DNA of 49,416 nucleotides from Erwinia sp. (GCF_031978025.1 NZ_DALZCD010000001.1:1-49416); one strand, 5' to 3'. Shown: positions 10,064-21,554, counted from the first letter of the stretch. Notes: generated by a model from the sequence alone, not told the origin. Translations and numbers: made by a program.

Positions 10064-10070
10064 CTACACT
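10064..10070 (+). promoter_or_regulatory. Putative RpoS-type -10 element for ybhP-clsB-ybhN
   Basis: CTACACT about 40 bp upstream of the ybhP ATG; a short motif, so support is weak. Confidence 0.45.
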
Positions 10071-10107
10071 TTACTCTTCCTGATCCGAAGAGGAGAGCGC
10101 GCACAGT

Positions 10108-10869
10108 ATGTCACAAAAACCGCAAGGATTTTCATTAAAAGTCCTGACGATCAATACACACATGGGTTTCAGCGCTTCCAATAAGCGTTTTATTTTGCCG
10201 GAATTACGGGATGCAGTGAGGGCGACCTCGGCCGATATTGTCTTTTTACAGGAGGTCATGGGCTCCCACGATTTGCACTCAATTAAAGTGTCAAACTGGC
10301 CCGATACGCCCCATTACGAATTTCTGGCCGAGATGATGTGGCAGGACTTCGCCTATGGGCGTAACGCTGTCTATCCGGAAGGGCATCATGGTAATGCGCT
10401 GCTGTCTCGCTTTCCGATTTTGTCCTATGAAAACCGCGACATCTCCGTAGAGGGGACCGAAAAACGGGGCCTGCTGTACTGTAAAATCACGCTCCCTGAC
10501 AGCGACAAAATCTTACACACCATTTGCGTGCATTTAGGTCTGCGAGACGCCCATCGCACCGCTCAGCTGACTATGCTCTGCGAACTGCTTAACACCCTGC
10601 CGCCGGATGAACCCGTGGTGGTGGCGGGTGACTTCAATGACTGGCAGCAAAAAGCCAATAAGATTTTACAACAGGGAGCCGGGATGGAGGAGGTATTCAG
10701 CCAGGAAACTGGCCGCCCGGCGCGCACCTTCCCTGCCCGCTTCCCTCTGTTACGACTGGATAGAATTTACGTCCGTAATGCCGCTATCAGTCATCCACAA
10801 AAAATACCGCTGCGACCCTGGTCGCACCTGTCCGATCACGCGCCTTTGGCTGTGGAGATACACTTATGA
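10108..10869 (+). CDS. ybhP: Endonuclease/exonuclease/phosphatase family protein YbhP
   Basis: LQEV, GNALLSR, AGDFNDW, LDRIY and SDHAP motifs; ATGA overlap with clsB. Confidence 0.9.
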   Translation: MSQKPQGFSLKVLTINTHMGFSASNKRFILPELRDAVRATSADIVFLQEVMGSHDLHSIKVSNWPDTPHYEFLAEMMWQDFAYGRNAVYPEGHHGNALLSRFPILSYENRDISVEGTEKRGLLYCKITLPDSDKILHTICVHLGLRDAHRTAQLTMLCELLNTLPPDEPVVVAGDFNDWQQKANKILQQGAGMEEVFSQETGRPARTFPARFPLLRLDRIYVRNAAISHPQKIPLRPWSHLSDHAPLAVEIHL

Positions 10870-12116
10870 AAACGGAATGGCGTGACGGTAATCGCCTGCG
10901 CCTGTTGGCCAATGGCGAACAATATTTTCCACGCGTCTTTGAGGCTATCCGCCGGGCAAAAGAAAGTGTCCTGTTGGAAACCTTTATTCTTTTTGAGGAT
11001 GAGGTCGGTAAAGCATTACAAGAGGTGATTTTGGATGCCGCCGCGCGCGGTGTCAAAGTTGAAATGCTGCTGGACGGCTACGGTTCTAATGACCTTTCGC
11101 CCGAATTTATCCGCAGCCTGACCTCGGCTGGCGTGCGCTTTATTTTTTACGATCCACGCCCGCTGGTCTTTGGCGTAAGGACCAATCTTTTCCGTCGTAT
11201 GCACCGTAAAACCGTGGTTTGCGACGGTGAAATTGCGTTTGTCGGCGGCATTAACTATTCCGCCGAGCACAACTCCAGCTACGGCCCGGAAGCGAAACAG
11301 GACTATACCGTCGAGGTCAAAGGCCCGGTGGTGGAAGATATTGCCCGCTACGTCAAAGAGGCGATTAACAGTAAGGAGCCGGTACGCCGCTGGTGGGGTG
11401 GACGGTCGCACCGCGTCGCCCGTAACCGCACGCCGGGCGACGCTCAGGTGCTGTTTGTCTGGCGGGATAACGATGAGCATCGTGACGATATCGAACAACA
11501 CTATATGGATATGCTGCGCGAGGCCAAAGAAGAGGTGATTATCGCCAACGCGTATTTTTTCCCCGGCTATCACCTGCTGCGTGAGATGCGCTCGGCAGCC
11601 CAGCGCGGCGTGTCGGTAAAACTGATCGTACAGGGCAAGCCCGATATGCCGATCGTGAAGGTTGGCGCAGAACTGCTCTACAACTATCTGGTTAGCGGTG
11701 GCGTGGAGGTTTATGAATATATTCGGCGTCCGCTCCATGCCAAAATTGCGATACAGGATAATTTCTGGTCAACGGTCGGCTCCAGCAATCTTGATCCGCT
11801 CAGCCTTTCGCTGAACCTGGAGGCGAATTTAATCATTCACGATCGCTCTTTTAACCAGCTCCTGCGCACTGAGCTGACCCGGCTGCTGACTCAGGACTGC
11901 GAGCGGGTAGATGAGAACAAGCTGCCTACGCAAAACTGGTGGCAGCTGGGGAAAAGCATCGTAGCCTTTCACTTCCTGCGGCATTTCCCGGCTATTGCCG
12001 GCTGGCTGCCCGCGCATACCCCTAAGCTGGCGCAGATTGCTCCGCCGGTCCAGCCAGAGATGGAAACCCAGGACCGGGTCGAATCGGACAGTGAAAAAGA
12101 GAGGGCAAAATCCTGA
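10866..12116 (+). CDS. clsB: Cardiolipin synthase B
   Basis: Two PLD HKD motifs ([16 protein letters not shown]), GSSNLD; between ybhP and ybhN. Confidence 0.93.
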   Translation: MKTEWRDGNRLRLLANGEQYFPRVFEAIRRAKESVLLETFILFEDEVGKALQEVILDAAARGVKVEMLLDGYGSNDLSPEFIRSLTSAGVRFIFYDPRPLVFGVRTNLFRRMHRKTVVCDGEIAFVGGINYSAEHNSSYGPEAKQDYTVEVKGPVVEDIARYVKEAINSKEPVRRWWGGRSHRVARNRTPGDAQVLFVWRDNDEHRDDIEQHYMDMLREAKEEVIIANAYFFPGYHLLREMRSAAQRGVSVKLIVQGKPDMPIVKVGAELLYNYLVSGGVEVYEYIRRPLHAKIAIQDNFWSTVGSSNLDPLSLSLNLEANLIIHDRSFNQLLRTELTRLLTQDCERVDENKLPTQNWWQLGKSIVAFHFLRHFPAIAGWLPAHTPKLAQIAPPVQPEMETQDRVESDSEKERAKS

Positions 12117-13084
12117 TGTCTCAGTCACATACTCGTTGGAAATGGGTAAAAAAAGCGCTAACCGGCCTCTTTTTTATTGCGGTAGTCGTGCTGCTGGTGA
12201 TTTACGCCCGCAAGGTCAACTGGCATGACGTGCTTAACGTGATTACCCACTATAACCGCACGGCTATTCTCGCTTCCGTAGGTCTGGTGGTGGTGAGCTA
12301 CCTGACTTACGGCCTTTACGATCTCATCGGCCAGGCTTACTGCGGCCACAAGCTGCAAAAGCGGCAGGTGATGCTGGTGTCGTTTATTTGCTACGCCTTT
12401 AACCTGACGCTCAGCACCTGGGTAGGCGGCGTGGCGATGCGCTATCGGCTTTATTCACGGCTTGGCCTGAGCGGCAGCACCATTACGCGTATTTTTTCGC
12501 TCAGTATTGCCACTAACTGGCTGGGCTACGTATTGGTGGCCGGCATCGTCTTCAGTAGCGGCGCGGTGCCCATCCCACAAGGTTGGTTTATTGGTGAAGG
12601 CACGCTACGCACGATTGGCGTGGGGCTTTTGGCCTTTGTGGTGCTCTATCTCGCGCTCTGCGCTTTCTCCAAACGCCGCCGCTGGACGGTAAAAGGCCAC
12701 AAGCTGGCCCTGCCCTCTTTCCGTATGGCGCTGCTGCAGTTTGCGGTATCCAGCGCTAACTGGCTGGTGATGGGGATGATTATCTGGTTGCTGTTTGCAC
12801 AGCAGGTGGATTATCCGCAGGTGCTGGGCGTGCTGCTGATCAGCAGTATCGCAGGCGTTATTATTCATATTCCTGCGGGGATTGGGGTGCTGGAAGCGGT
12901 GTTCCTGGCGCTGCTGAGCGGGGAGCACCTCTCGCATGGGGCAATCATCGCGGGCCTGCTGGCCTACCGCGTCATTTATTTTATCGCGCCACTGCTCCTG
13001 GCGCTGGTGCTTTATCTGTGGCTGGAAAGCCGGGCCAAAAGCCTGCGGCATAAAAACCAGCAGGATATGCAAAAACAGGCGTAA
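12116..13084 (+). CDS. ybhN: YbhN, lysylphosphatidylglycerol synthase TM-domain family membrane protein
   Basis: GGVAMRYRLYSRLG, HIPAGIGVLE, YRVIYF motifs; start overlaps the clsB stop. Confidence 0.88.
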   Translation: MSQSHTRWKWVKKALTGLFFIAVVVLLVIYARKVNWHDVLNVITHYNRTAILASVGLVVVSYLTYGLYDLIGQAYCGHKLQKRQVMLVSFICYAFNLTLSTWVGGVAMRYRLYSRLGLSGSTITRIFSLSIATNWLGYVLVAGIVFSSGAVPIPQGWFIGEGTLRTIGVGLLAFVVLYLALCAFSKRRRWTVKGHKLALPSFRMALLQFAVSSANWLVMGMIIWLLFAQQVDYPQVLGVLLISSIAGVIIHIPAGIGVLEAVFLALLSGEHLSHGAIIAGLLAYRVIYFIAPLLLALVLYLWLESRAKSLRHKNQQDMQKQA

Positions 13085-13111
13085 AAAAAGGGGCGGATTC
13101 CGCCCCTTTTT
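13083..13111. terminator. Bidirectional terminator between ybhN and ybhL
   Basis: AAAAAAAGGGGCGG-ATT-CCGCCCCTTTTT. Confidence 0.85.
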
Positions 13112-13113
13112 GC

Positions 13114-13824
13114 TTAACGGCGGTTGCCGAAAATCCGCAGCAGCATCAGGAACAGGTTAATGAAGTCCAGATACAGCGTTAGCGCACCCATGATAGAGTA
13201 GCGGCGCAAATTTTCTTTATCACGCACGTCAATGTTCTCACCAATATTCTTCAGCTTCTGCGTGTCATACGCGGTCAGACCGACAAACACCAGCACGCCG
13301 ATATAGGTAACGGCCCACATCAGCGCGGTGCTTTTCAGCCAGAAGTTAACCAGCGACGCCAGCAAAATACCAATCAGCGCCATAAACAGGATGCTGCCCA
13401 TCCGGCTCAGGTCGCGCTTAGTGGTATAGCCCCAGAAGCTCATCACGCCGAACATCCCGCCCGTGACCACAAAAGTGCTGGCAATGGATGAATAGGTGTA
13501 GACCAGGAAGATGCTGGCCAGCGTCAGTCCGGTCAGCGCCGAATAGAGCATAAACAGGCCGGTCGCGAGCGCGCCGCTTAGCTTATGCACCATGCCGGAC
13601 AGCACAAAAACCACGGCCAGCTGCGCGATAATCAGCCCGTAAAAAGTAAATTTATTGGCAAAAACCAGCTGCATTACCGCCGGCGTATTGGCGGCAAACC
13701 AGGACACGAAAGCGGTCAGCAACAGGCCGCAGGTCATCCAGCCATAGACCTGCGCCATATACGTTTGCAGGCCCGTGGCGGCGCCAGAAACAATCGAACC
13801 GTTGGAACGAGGATATCTTTCCAT
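13114..13824 (-). CDS. ybhL: Bax inhibitor-1/YccA family protein YbhL
   Basis: MERYPRS start, YMAQVYGWMTCGLLLT, AYDTQKLK, GALTLYLDFINLFL. Confidence 0.92.
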   Translation of the reverse strand: MERYPRSNGSIVSGAATGLQTYMAQVYGWMTCGLLLTAFVSWFAANTPAVMQLVFANKFTFYGLIIAQLAVVFVLSGMVHKLSGALATGLFMLYSALTGLTLASIFLVYTYSSIASTFVVTGGMFGVMSFWGYTTKRDLSRMGSILFMALIGILLASLVNFWLKSTALMWAVTYIGVLVFVGLTAYDTQKLKNIGENIDVRDKENLRRYSIMGALTLYLDFINLFLMLLRIFGNRR

Positions 13825-13957
13825 GATGCTCTCCTTTAAGGTGAATTTACCGTTAAGTCTGGCACAGTCTGGCCGGGTTGAGCCAGCGGCGCCTTACGCT
13901 TTTTCGTGACAAAAACTCCCCCTCTGCAACAAACGCGCTACAACCCCCGTCATTGTA

Positions 13958-13984
13958 TAAAGATCGGACATTTTTTGCCGATAG
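13958..13984 (+). promoter_or_regulatory. Sigma28 (FliA) promoter of the chemoreceptor
   Basis: TAAA-N15-GCCGATAG vs consensus TAAA-N15-GCCGATAA, directly upstream of an MCP gene. Confidence 0.8.
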
Positions 13985-14050
13985 AGTGAACACAGGGAGA
14001 ATACTTACCAGGAAGTCTGAGAACAATTCTATTCACGCCAGGGGTTCCTG

Positions 14051-15994
14051 ATGAACAAGCCACACCAGAAACGAAAAATGAGCACACGCACCATGATGCT
14101 CCTGACCGGCGCGCTGACTATCACGCTCGGTTTTACTATCACTATTGGCCTGCTCAGCTGGCAGTCCAGTAATCAGCAACGTCACATCGCCGAGCAATAT
14201 CTGGGACAAATTGCAGAAAGCAACGCGCTTAGCGTCCAGCAAAGTCTTGATTACGCCCGCACGGTCGCCAGAGATATGGGCCAAAGCATCCTCGGCCTGT
14301 CCACCGCTGGCATAACCGATCGAAAAATCGCCGATGAGCTGATGAAATCGGCCCTGAAGCAGAATATGGATTATCTCTCGCTTTCCCTTATTTTTGAAGC
14401 CAATGCCTTTGATGGCAAAGATGCGCAGTTCGCGGCCCAGCCGGGCAACCCACCGCAGGGGCGATACGCACGCTTTGTCGATCATGATACAGCAGGCAAT
14501 TTCGCCATGCATAATCTGGAATCTATCTTTACACCAGGCCAGGGCGATTACTACCTGGTTCCGCAAAAGTTGCAAAAGGATGTATTAACCGAACCTTACA
14601 GCTATCCCTATAACGGTATCCCGACGCTGCTGACCTCGGTGGCGGCGGTGATCATGGATAATGGCCAGCTGAAAGCGGTCGCCACATCGGATATCTCACT
14701 TGCGTCGCTGCAAAAAAGCGTAGGGGCCGTTAAGCCCTGGAACGGTACCGGTTACGCGCTGCTGCTTTCCAATAAAGGTCTGGTCGTCTCCAGTCCCAAC
14801 AAAGCGGAAGCGGGCAAAGCCTACAAAGGCGAAACCAACGGCTTTACGCAGAGCGTGGTACAGCATTTTGACAGCGTGCTTGGTGAAGACGTGCTGGAAA
14901 CCTGGCGTCCGGTCGTGATTGGCAACAGCCCGCTGCCCTGGTATCTGGGCGTGGTGGCGCCGGTCAGCGCCGTCATGGCTGAAGCTAATCGTCAGCTGAT
15001 GCATGCGCTGATTATGATGATCCTGAGCATTGTGATTGTTTGCACCGTGCTGGGCGTGTTGTTCAGCCGTAAAATCTCCCGCCCGGTTGGCGGCGAGCCT
15101 TCACAGGCTGCAGAAATCGCACTTGGCGTGGCGGAAGGTGACCTCAGCGCAACTATCCCTGTTGGCGCACAGGACAGAGAGAGCATCTTCTTCGCTATGC
15201 AGACCATGCAGCAACAGCTCCGCACCATGGTCAGCGAGATCATATCCGCCAGCGACTCCGTTCGTCAGGGCGCGGAGGAGATTGCTTCCGGCAACCTCGA
15301 TCTGGCCTCACGTACCGAACAACAGGCCGCCGCGCTGGAAGAAACCGCCGCCAGCATGGAGCAGCTGACTGCCACGGTGAAGCACAACGCCGATAACGCG
15401 CACAGTGCTACCCAGCTGACCGAGAACGCGACGGCTATCGCTCAGCGAGGCGAACAGCTGGTCCAGCAGGTTGTGGAAATTATGCAGCAGATCGATGACA
15501 GTTCGCAGAAGATTGGCGCGATTACCAGCATCATTAACGGCATCGCTTTCCAGACTAATATCCTGGCGCTTAACGCTGCGGTGGAAGCCGCGCGGGCGGG
15601 CGAACAGGGTCGCGGTTTCGCCGTCGTCGCGGCGGAAGTGCGCAGCCTGGCCCAGCGTAGCGCCAACGCGGTAAAAGATATCTCTGCACTGATTGGCGAA
15701 TCAACGCAGCGCGTGAACACCGGGGTTTCGCTGGTGCAGGATGCGGGCAGAACCATGCAGGAAATGAACACCGCCGTGAACTCGGTAAAAACGATTATCG
15801 GCGAGATCGTGCATGCTTCCGATGAACAGTCACAGGGGATTGGTCAGGTAACAGTGGCCGTAAACCAGATGGATGGTGCTACCCAGCAAAACTCTGCGCT
15901 GGTCCAGCAGATGTCCGCTGCCGCCGCCTCGCTGGAAGATCAGGCGAAGCAGCTGGCGCAAACGGTACAAATCTTCCGGCTCGAATCGGCTTAA
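14051..15994 (+). CDS. Methyl-accepting chemotaxis protein with a dCache-like periplasmic sensor
   Basis: Two TM segments flanking about 280 aa (TEPYSYP Cache-like motif), HAMP, signalling tip [30 protein letters not shown]; no C-terminal NWETF pentapeptide. The start could be 14078. Confidence 0.92.
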   Translation: MNKPHQKRKMSTRTMMLLTGALTITLGFTITIGLLSWQSSNQQRHIAEQYLGQIAESNALSVQQSLDYARTVARDMGQSILGLSTAGITDRKIADELMKSALKQNMDYLSLSLIFEANAFDGKDAQFAAQPGNPPQGRYARFVDHDTAGNFAMHNLESIFTPGQGDYYLVPQKLQKDVLTEPYSYPYNGIPTLLTSVAAVIMDNGQLKAVATSDISLASLQKSVGAVKPWNGTGYALLLSNKGLVVSSPNKAEAGKAYKGETNGFTQSVVQHFDSVLGEDVLETWRPVVIGNSPLPWYLGVVAPVSAVMAEANRQLMHALIMMILSIVIVCTVLGVLFSRKISRPVGGEPSQAAEIALGVAEGDLSATIPVGAQDRESIFFAMQTMQQQLRTMVSEIISASDSVRQGAEEIASGNLDLASRTEQQAAALEETAASMEQLTATVKHNADNAHSATQLTENATAIAQRGEQLVQQVVEIMQQIDDSSQKIGAITSIINGIAFQTNILALNAAVEAARAGEQGRGFAVVAAEVRSLAQRSANAVKDISALIGESTQRVNTGVSLVQDAGRTMQEMNTAVNSVKTIIGEIVHASDEQSQGIGQVTVAVNQMDGATQQNSALVQQMSAAAASLEDQAKQLAQTVQIFRLESA

Positions 15995-16004
15995 GCCTCC
16001 GGCA

Positions 16005-16036
16005 AAGGGCGATAACGCGCAGGCGCTATCGCCCTT
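16005..16036. terminator. Hairpin between convergent MCP and DUF1615 genes
   Basis: AAGGGCGATAACGC-GCAG-GCGCTATCGCCCTT, 14-bp stem with one mismatch. Confidence 0.6.
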
Positions 16037-16051
16037 CATCGCTTCTACTCG

Positions 16052-17140
16052 TTATTTCCCGCGCGACAGACAGCTCTGATAACGCCCGTCCACACGCTGG
16101 GCAAACCAGGCGGTAGTCAGGCTGCGGGTAATTTTCGGGCTTTCCAGTTTTATACCAGGCAGCCTTTCCCGCGGCTGGCGCCTGCCGCCATTTTTATCCG
16201 CTCGCGCAAAGACCTGCTGCCATAAATCGGTTTTTTCAAAGTCCAGCGTTTCGCCTTTTTCCAGCGCGCTACGGATGGCGCCGTCGCTTAACCCTAAGTG
16301 CAGCGCCCGAACGGCCAGCTCGGTGGAACCAGCCGCGTCTGAACCGTACTGAATCAAATCCCCGTCCAGCGCCAGTTTTATGCCGCTCAGCCGCGCAACG
16401 GCAGCCTGAAACGCGGCATTACGGCTGGCATACCAGCCCGCATTAAAGTCCGCGAAGCGATAAAGAGGCTGGCTGTAATTGGCCGGATAGCCAAGGAGAT
16501 GGCGTGTACCAAACCAGACGCCGCCGCGGCGGCTGAACACTTCCTGACGTATAGTGCCGTCGACCGGATAAGGGTAGCCATCGGCATGGGCTTCGGCGAA
16601 GGCGATACTGACCTGCATTGGCCCGCCGGTGTGGATAGGATTCAGGTTGCCAAACAGGGTCTGCCCCATCGGCACCATATTAATAAAATCGTCAAAAATG
16701 GCGCTCAGCTCTTTTTCACTGCGTACCTTATCCAGCCGATCGGTATAGCTTTCGCCGTTGGGTGATTTAATTCTTAGCGCCGTCCGCACCAGGAAGGAAG
16801 GAATATGCAGCTTGCCCGCGCGCCGGTCGATTTCGCCCCAGGCAATTTTTGGCAGGCCCGGCACGCTGGCGTTAGCGTTAAACGTGGATTCCTGGTCGGC
16901 CACGGCAATAACGGCGCAGACGTTGCTGACTGAAGGATCGAGCTTCTGGCTGGTGAACGCGGCAAAGATATCGTCGGCCCAGCCCTGGCGATCGCTGACT
17001 TTGTTCGGCAGCAGGCGGGTAATTTGCGCTTTTACATCGGCCGGTCGCCGCTCGGGCAGTTTCTTTTCAGGCTGAGTGCTACAGCCTGCCAGGACCAGCA
17101 AGGCCAGCAGCGGCAGACGTTTAACGGCGAAGGAGATCAT
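16052..17140 (-). CDS. yaiW: DUF1615 (YaiW-like) lipoprotein
   Basis: Lipobox LAGC; HTGGPMQVSIAFAE, RFADFNAGWYASRNAAFQ, LESPKITRSLTTAWFA. Confidence 0.8.
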   Translation of the reverse strand: MISFAVKRLPLLALLVLAGCSTQPEKKLPERRPADVKAQITRLLPNKVSDRQGWADDIFAAFTSQKLDPSVSNVCAVIAVADQESTFNANASVPGLPKIAWGEIDRRAGKLHIPSFLVRTALRIKSPNGESYTDRLDKVRSEKELSAIFDDFINMVPMGQTLFGNLNPIHTGGPMQVSIAFAEAHADGYPYPVDGTIRQEVFSRRGGVWFGTRHLLGYPANYSQPLYRFADFNAGWYASRNAAFQAAVARLSGIKLALDGDLIQYGSDAAGSTELAVRALHLGLSDGAIRSALEKGETLDFEKTDLWQQVFARADKNGGRRQPRERLPGIKLESPKITRSLTTAWFAQRVDGRYQSCLSRGK

Positions 17141-17260
17141 GACTTTCCCTGTGTAGAAAAATTTTCCCCTAAAGGTTACACAGCGAAACGTGATTAATCC
17201 ATCCGCGCGGGCCGATCCGGCTGCCTGAAACCGCTACGCTCGGCTGGCCGTGCAGAATCT

Positions 17261-17713
17261 CTAGGCCCAGCGAGAAGCGGCTTCTTTATCGCTGTCGCGT
17301 GAATCGACCCAGCGATCGCCTTCCGGCGTGGCTTCTCTTTTCCAGAAAGGCGCGCGGGTTTTCAGATAGTCCATAATAAATTCTGCTGCGGAAAAAGCCG
17401 CACCACGGTGCGCGCCGCTGACGCCAACCAGCACGATTTCATCGCCGGGAAAGAGTTCGCCGATACGGTGGATCACCGTCACGCGCTGCATTGGCCAACG
17501 CTCGCGCGCTTCGGCCACAATCTCTGCCAGCGCCTTTTCGGTCATCCCCGGATAATGCTCCAGCGTGAGCGCAGAGACGTTATCACCCAGGTTATGGTTG
17601 CGGACTTTGCCGGTAAAGGTCACCACCGCGCCATCTTCATCGCAGGCGGCCAGCCAGCGGTACTCTTCCGCCATATCAAACGGAGCCTGCCCTACTCTGA
17701 TTCGGGTTTCCAT
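17261..17713 (-). CDS. moaE: Molybdopterin synthase catalytic subunit
   Basis: GAVVTFTGKVRN, LEHYPGM, MDYLKTRAPFWKRE. Confidence 0.95.
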   Translation of the reverse strand: METRIRVGQAPFDMAEEYRWLAACDEDGAVVTFTGKVRNHNLGDNVSALTLEHYPGMTEKALAEIVAEARERWPMQRVTVIHRIGELFPGDEIVLVGVSGAHRGAAFSAAEFIMDYLKTRAPFWKREATPEGDRWVDSRDSDKEAASRWA

Positions 17714-17714
17714 T

Positions 17715-17960
17715 TTAGCCTCCGGTCACCGGTGGGAAAAACGCTACCTCATCACCCGCCTTCAGCGGATGCTGCGCCGAGACCAGCGTCTGGTTTACCG
17801 CCGCCAGCAGCTTGTCTGACGAGAGCGCCAGCGACCAGCGATCGCCTCGCTGCGCCAGCGCTGCACGCAGCGCCTCTACATCGGCATATTCATCGGCAAC
17901 GCTGATGCTGTCGGTGCCAATCAGCTCGCGCACCTGCGCGAAAAAAAGGACGTTAATCAT
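17715..17960 (-). CDS. moaD: Molybdopterin synthase sulfur carrier subunit
   Basis: ATG at 17960 gives [13 protein letters not shown]-terminal PPVTGG. Confidence 0.93.
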   Translation of the reverse strand: MINVLFFAQVRELIGTDSISVADEYADVEALRAALAQRGDRWSLALSSDKLLAAVNQTLVSAQHPLKAGDEVAFFPPVTGG

Positions 17961-18438
17961 GCTTGTCTGCCCTGAAGTCACCGGATTTTCCGCCGCTTTT
18001 GCTCAGCAGTCGGCACTGTTCAATGCTGATGTCTTTCTGCACCGCTTTACACATATCGTAGATAGTCAGCGCCGCCACCGAGGCCGCCGTCAGCGCTTCC
18101 ATTTCCACGCCGGTTTTGCCCGTCAGGCGGCACAGCGACTCGATGCGCACGCGGCTGTTGGCAGTATCGGCGCTTAGCGTCACCTCGACCTTGCTTAACA
18201 GCAGCGGATGACAAAGCGGGATCAGCTCCCAGGTCCGTTTGGCGGCCTGAATGCCCGCAATACGCGCCGTGGCGAAAACATCGCCCTTATGATGGCTACC
18301 GTCCAGGATCATTTGTAGCGTGTCGGGATGCATTACCACAAAGGCTTCGGCACGTGCTTCACGTACGGTGTCGTTTTTGGCAGAGACATCCACCATGTGC
18401 GCCTCACCGGCGGCGTTAATATGGGTCAGTTGAGACAT
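17953..18438 (-). CDS. moaC: Cyclic pyranopterin monophosphate synthase
   Basis: [37 protein letters not shown]. Confidence 0.95.
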   Translation of the reverse strand: MSQLTHINAAGEAHMVDVSAKNDTVREARAEAFVVMHPDTLQMILDGSHHKGDVFATARIAGIQAAKRTWELIPLCHPLLLSKVEVTLSADTANSRVRIESLCRLTGKTGVEMEALTAASVAALTIYDMCKAVQKDISIEQCRLLSKSGGKSGDFRADKHD

Positions 18439-18440
18439 AA

Positions 18441-18956
18441 TCAGGGCTTCTTCAGGTGCGAGACAAAATTACAGGGGCGAGTTCGGGCATCCAGCTGATC
18501 GCGGATAATGCTTTCCCAGGCGCTTTGACAGGCGCGGGTGGAGCCGGGAACGGCAAAAATCACCGTCTGGTTAGCCATGCCGGCAACGGCGCGTGACTGG
18601 ATCGTCGCGCTGCCAACATCTTCCCACGACACCATACGGAACAGCTCACCAAAGCCGTCGATTTCACGGTCGAACAGCGGCAGCAGCGCTTCCGGCGTGC
18701 TGTTTTTGCTGTTGAAACCCGTGCCGCCGTTAACAATAACCACCTGCACGTCCGCGCTGGCGATCCAGCTGGAAACCACGGCGCGTATGCGGTAGCGGTT
18801 ATCTTTTACCAGCGCATGATCGAGTACCTGATGCCCGGCGTCAGTTAGCGCCTCGCGCAGGTAGTCGCCCGAACTGTCTTCTGCCGCATCACGGCTGTCG
18901 GATACGGTCATCACCGCCACGTTGAGCGGGATAAATTCCGCCGTCGATTTTGCCAT
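18441..18956 (-). CDS. moaB: Molybdenum cofactor biosynthesis protein B
   Basis: TVSDSR, GGTGF, GFGELFR, QSRAVAG, PGSTRAC, RPCNF; start placed at MAKSTAEF (18968 is an alternative). Confidence 0.92.
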   Translation of the reverse strand: MAKSTAEFIPLNVAVMTVSDSRDAAEDSSGDYLREALTDAGHQVLDHALVKDNRYRIRAVVSSWIASADVQVVIVNGGTGFNSKNSTPEALLPLFDREIDGFGELFRMVSWEDVGSATIQSRAVAGMANQTVIFAVPGSTRACQSAWESIIRDQLDARTRPCNFVSHLKKP

Positions 18957-18971
18957 TGTAGACTCCATGCG

Positions 18972-19958
18972 TTAGCCGCCGATAAAAGAGAGATTCTGCG
19001 TGATGCCGGTGTTGCCCTGATGCAGAAAATGCGTCTGCTTTTTGGTTTTCAGGCTGGCGGCAATACGCGCCTGTAACGCCTCCTGCTGCTCGTCATTTTG
19101 CAGCAGATCGCGCAGCGACACACCGCCATCGCCAAACAGGCAGAGATGCAGCTTGCCAACGGCCGACACGCGCAGGCGGTTGCAGCTGGCGCAGAAATTT
19201 TTCTCGTAGGGCATGATCAGGCCGATTTCCCCTTCGTAGTCCGGGTGGCAGAACACCTGCGCCGGGCCGTCGCTGCGTCCACGCAGCTGGCGTACCCAGC
19301 CCTGTTGCAGCAGCTGATCGCGGATGACTTCGCCTGACACATGATGCTTGCGGAAGAGATCGCCGCCCTCACCCGTTTCCATCAGCTCAATAAAGCGTAG
19401 CTGGATTGGCCGGGTACGGATCCAGTCGAGGAAGGTTTGCAGGCTGTGATGGTTGACGTCGCGCATCAGCACGGTATTCACTTTTACCTTGCTGAAACCC
19501 GCTTCGAAAGCCGCATCGATACCGGCCATGACCTGATGAAATTTGTCCTGACCGGTAATAGCGTGAAACTGGCGGGCATCCAGACTGTCGATGCTGACGT
19601 TCAGGGCAGTCAGGCCCGCTTCGCGCCAGGCCGCCACGTCACGCGCCAGCCGATAGCCGTTAGTGGTCACGGCAAGCTGGCGGATGGCAGAGGACTCGCG
19701 CACGGCGGCGATGATGTCGACAAAGTCGCGGCGTAGCGAAGGTTCACCGCCCGTCAGGCGCACCTTTTCCGTGCCCGCGGCCGCAAAGGCACGGGTAACG
19801 CGCCGGATTTCATCCAGCGACAGAAAGCTTTTGTTGGTGACGCCCTGCGGCTTATAGCCATCCGGCAGGCAGTAGTTACAGCGGAAATTACAAACGTCCG
19901 TGATCGACAGGCGCAGATAGTAAAAGCTGCGGTCGAAATTATCAGTAAATTGTGACAC
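18972..19958 (-). CDS. moaA: GTP 3',8-cyclase (radical SAM)
   Basis: [22 protein letters not shown]...LCLF, C-terminal IGG; GTG start at 19958 after a GGAAGG SD. Confidence 0.95.
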   Translation of the reverse strand: MSQFTDNFDRSFYYLRLSITDVCNFRCNYCLPDGYKPQGVTNKSFLSLDEIRRVTRAFAAAGTEKVRLTGGEPSLRRDFVDIIAAVRESSAIRQLAVTTNGYRLARDVAAWREAGLTALNVSIDSLDARQFHAITGQDKFHQVMAGIDAAFEAGFSKVKVNTVLMRDVNHHSLQTFLDWIRTRPIQLRFIELMETGEGGDLFRKHHVSGEVIRDQLLQQGWVRQLRGRSDGPAQVFCHPDYEGEIGLIMPYEKNFCASCNRLRVSAVGKLHLCLFGDGGVSLRDLLQNDEQQEALQARIAASLKTKKQTHFLHQGNTGITQNLSFIGG

Positions 19959-19962
19959 CAGA

Positions 19963-20069
19963 ACACCTTCCAAATATCGGGAGATGCAGGCATTTCTTTC
20001 TGCACCCTGGCAACTCAAGGTTGCGGCCAGGGCACCCTATCCGAAGACTTAGGTGCCAGGGCTAAGTGT
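19963..20069 (-). ncRNA. Moco RNA motif (molybdenum cofactor riboswitch candidate) in the moaA leader
   Basis: Minus strand reads ACACTTAGCCCTGGCACCTAAG...GGTGCCCTGGCC...CCAGGG...GAAAT...TCCCG...GGAAGGTGT, with terminal ACAC/GTGT pairing next to the SD; same position and layout as the E. coli moaA Moco motif. Confidence 0.85.
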
Positions 20070-20140
20070 GATTTACCGGTATGGTAAACCATGGTAGTGA
20101 AATTCTACTGCTAACGAAACGCAGTTGCCAGCAGGGAATT

Positions 20141-20164
20141 CGCTATGTATTTTGATATATAACG
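20141..20164. promoter_or_regulatory. ModE binding site upstream of moaA
   Basis: CGCTATGTAT-TTTG-ATATATAACG matches the ModE inverted repeat CGNTATATA...TATATAACG. Confidence 0.8.
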
Positions 20165-20254
20165 TTTTTTCACGCCATTTTACGGTACGTTAGCGTAAAA
20201 TAAGGTGAAACCACTGACAGGCTGGCCGCCCTGTTAACATATTGAAGGAATTTT

Positions 20255-21163
20255 ATGCGTAACCGCACTCTGGCCGATCTCGACCGCGTCGTGGCGCTCG
20301 GCGGCGGGCATGGCCTGGGCCGTGTTTTATCTGCTCTCTCTTCGCTTGGCTCACGCCTGACCGGCATCGTCACCACCACCGACAATGGCGGATCTACGGG
20401 GCGGATCCGCCATGCGGAAGGCGGCATCGCCTGGGGCGATATGCGTAACTGCCTGAACCAGCTAATTACCGAGCCCAGCGTGGCCTCCGCCATGTTTGAA
20501 TACCGTTTTGGCGGCCAGGGCGAGCTGGCTGGCCATAATCTGGGCAACCTGATGCTGAAAGCGCTGGATCACCTGAGCGTGCGCCCGATGGAGGCGATCA
20601 ATCTGATCCGCAATCTGCTCAAGGTGGACGCCTTTCTGATCCCGATGTCCGAACAGCCGGTGGATCTTATTGCCATCGATGACCGGGGCGAGCAAGTTTA
20701 TGGCGAAACGGCCATTGATCGGCTTGCCCTGCCGCCGCGTGAGCTGCTGCTTTCAGCCAGCGCCAGCGCCACTAAAGAAGCCGTTGAGGCCATCAACGAC
20801 GCCGATCTGATCCTGATTGGCCCGGGCAGTTTTTATACCAGCCTGATGCCCGTGCTGCTGCTACCGGATATGGCGCAGGCGCTCAGGCGTACGCCCGCCC
20901 CGATGGTATTTATCGGCAACCTGGGCAAAGAGCTTAGCCCGGCAGCAGCCCGACTAACGCTGGCGGACAAGCTGGCTATCATGGAAAAATATATCGGCAG
21001 GAAGGTTATTGATGCGGTGGTCGTTGGCCCGCATGTGGATACCACTGGCGTCAGCGGGCGACTGATTGTGCAGGAGCCACTGGAGGCAGCGGATATCAAA
21101 TACCGCCACGATCGCCAGCTGCTGCACAGCGCGCTGGAGCACGCTATTCAGCGTCTGGGATAG
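20255..21163 (+). CDS. yvcK: UDP-GlcNAc-binding protein YvcK/YbhK
   Basis: [42 protein letters not shown]. Confidence 0.93.
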   Translation: MRNRTLADLDRVVALGGGHGLGRVLSALSSLGSRLTGIVTTTDNGGSTGRIRHAEGGIAWGDMRNCLNQLITEPSVASAMFEYRFGGQGELAGHNLGNLMLKALDHLSVRPMEAINLIRNLLKVDAFLIPMSEQPVDLIAIDDRGEQVYGETAIDRLALPPRELLLSASASATKEAVEAINDADLILIGPGSFYTSLMPVLLLPDMAQALRRTPAPMVFIGNLGKELSPAAARLTLADKLAIMEKYIGRKVIDAVVVGPHVDTTGVSGRLIVQEPLEAADIKYRHDRQLLHSALEHAIQRLG

Positions 21164-21279
21164 CACGTTGGAGCCTCTGTTGAGCGGCTCAGACAACGGG
21201 CTGGAGCAGGCTATGCTGTGGCTGGGAGCAACCCTGCCGGGCACCCGATCCGCGGGCAGGAACAGGAAGCTTAACGCAG

Positions 21280-21322
21280 CCTGTCGGGCTTAGCCCCTGC
21301 CAGCCCGACAGGGGCTAAGCCC
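21280..21322. repeat. Overlapping inverted repeats in the yvcK-uvrB intergenic region
   Basis: CCTGTCGGGCT (21280-21290) pairs with AGCCCGACAGG (21302-21312); GGGCTTAGCCCCTG (21286-21299) pairs with CAGGGGCTAAGCCC (21309-21322). Confidence 0.85.
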
Positions 21323-21554
21323 ACTATTCGAAACGCCAACCTGGCGCAACCGCCTGGGGTCAACACGGTTTGTGAGCGGCTAAGGCTACGATATGCCGCT
21401 CCCCAAAAGCTTCCGCCGCGGCGCGTCAGCGCCTCATCCTGCAGCCTTGCGATGCCGTGACCGCGGGCTTAATCGCCGAATAAGGGTCGCCCGTCCGATA
21501 CCCGCCCCATGCCAGATGAACCCACACCGTGATGACGGCAGCGGAAGTCTGTTG

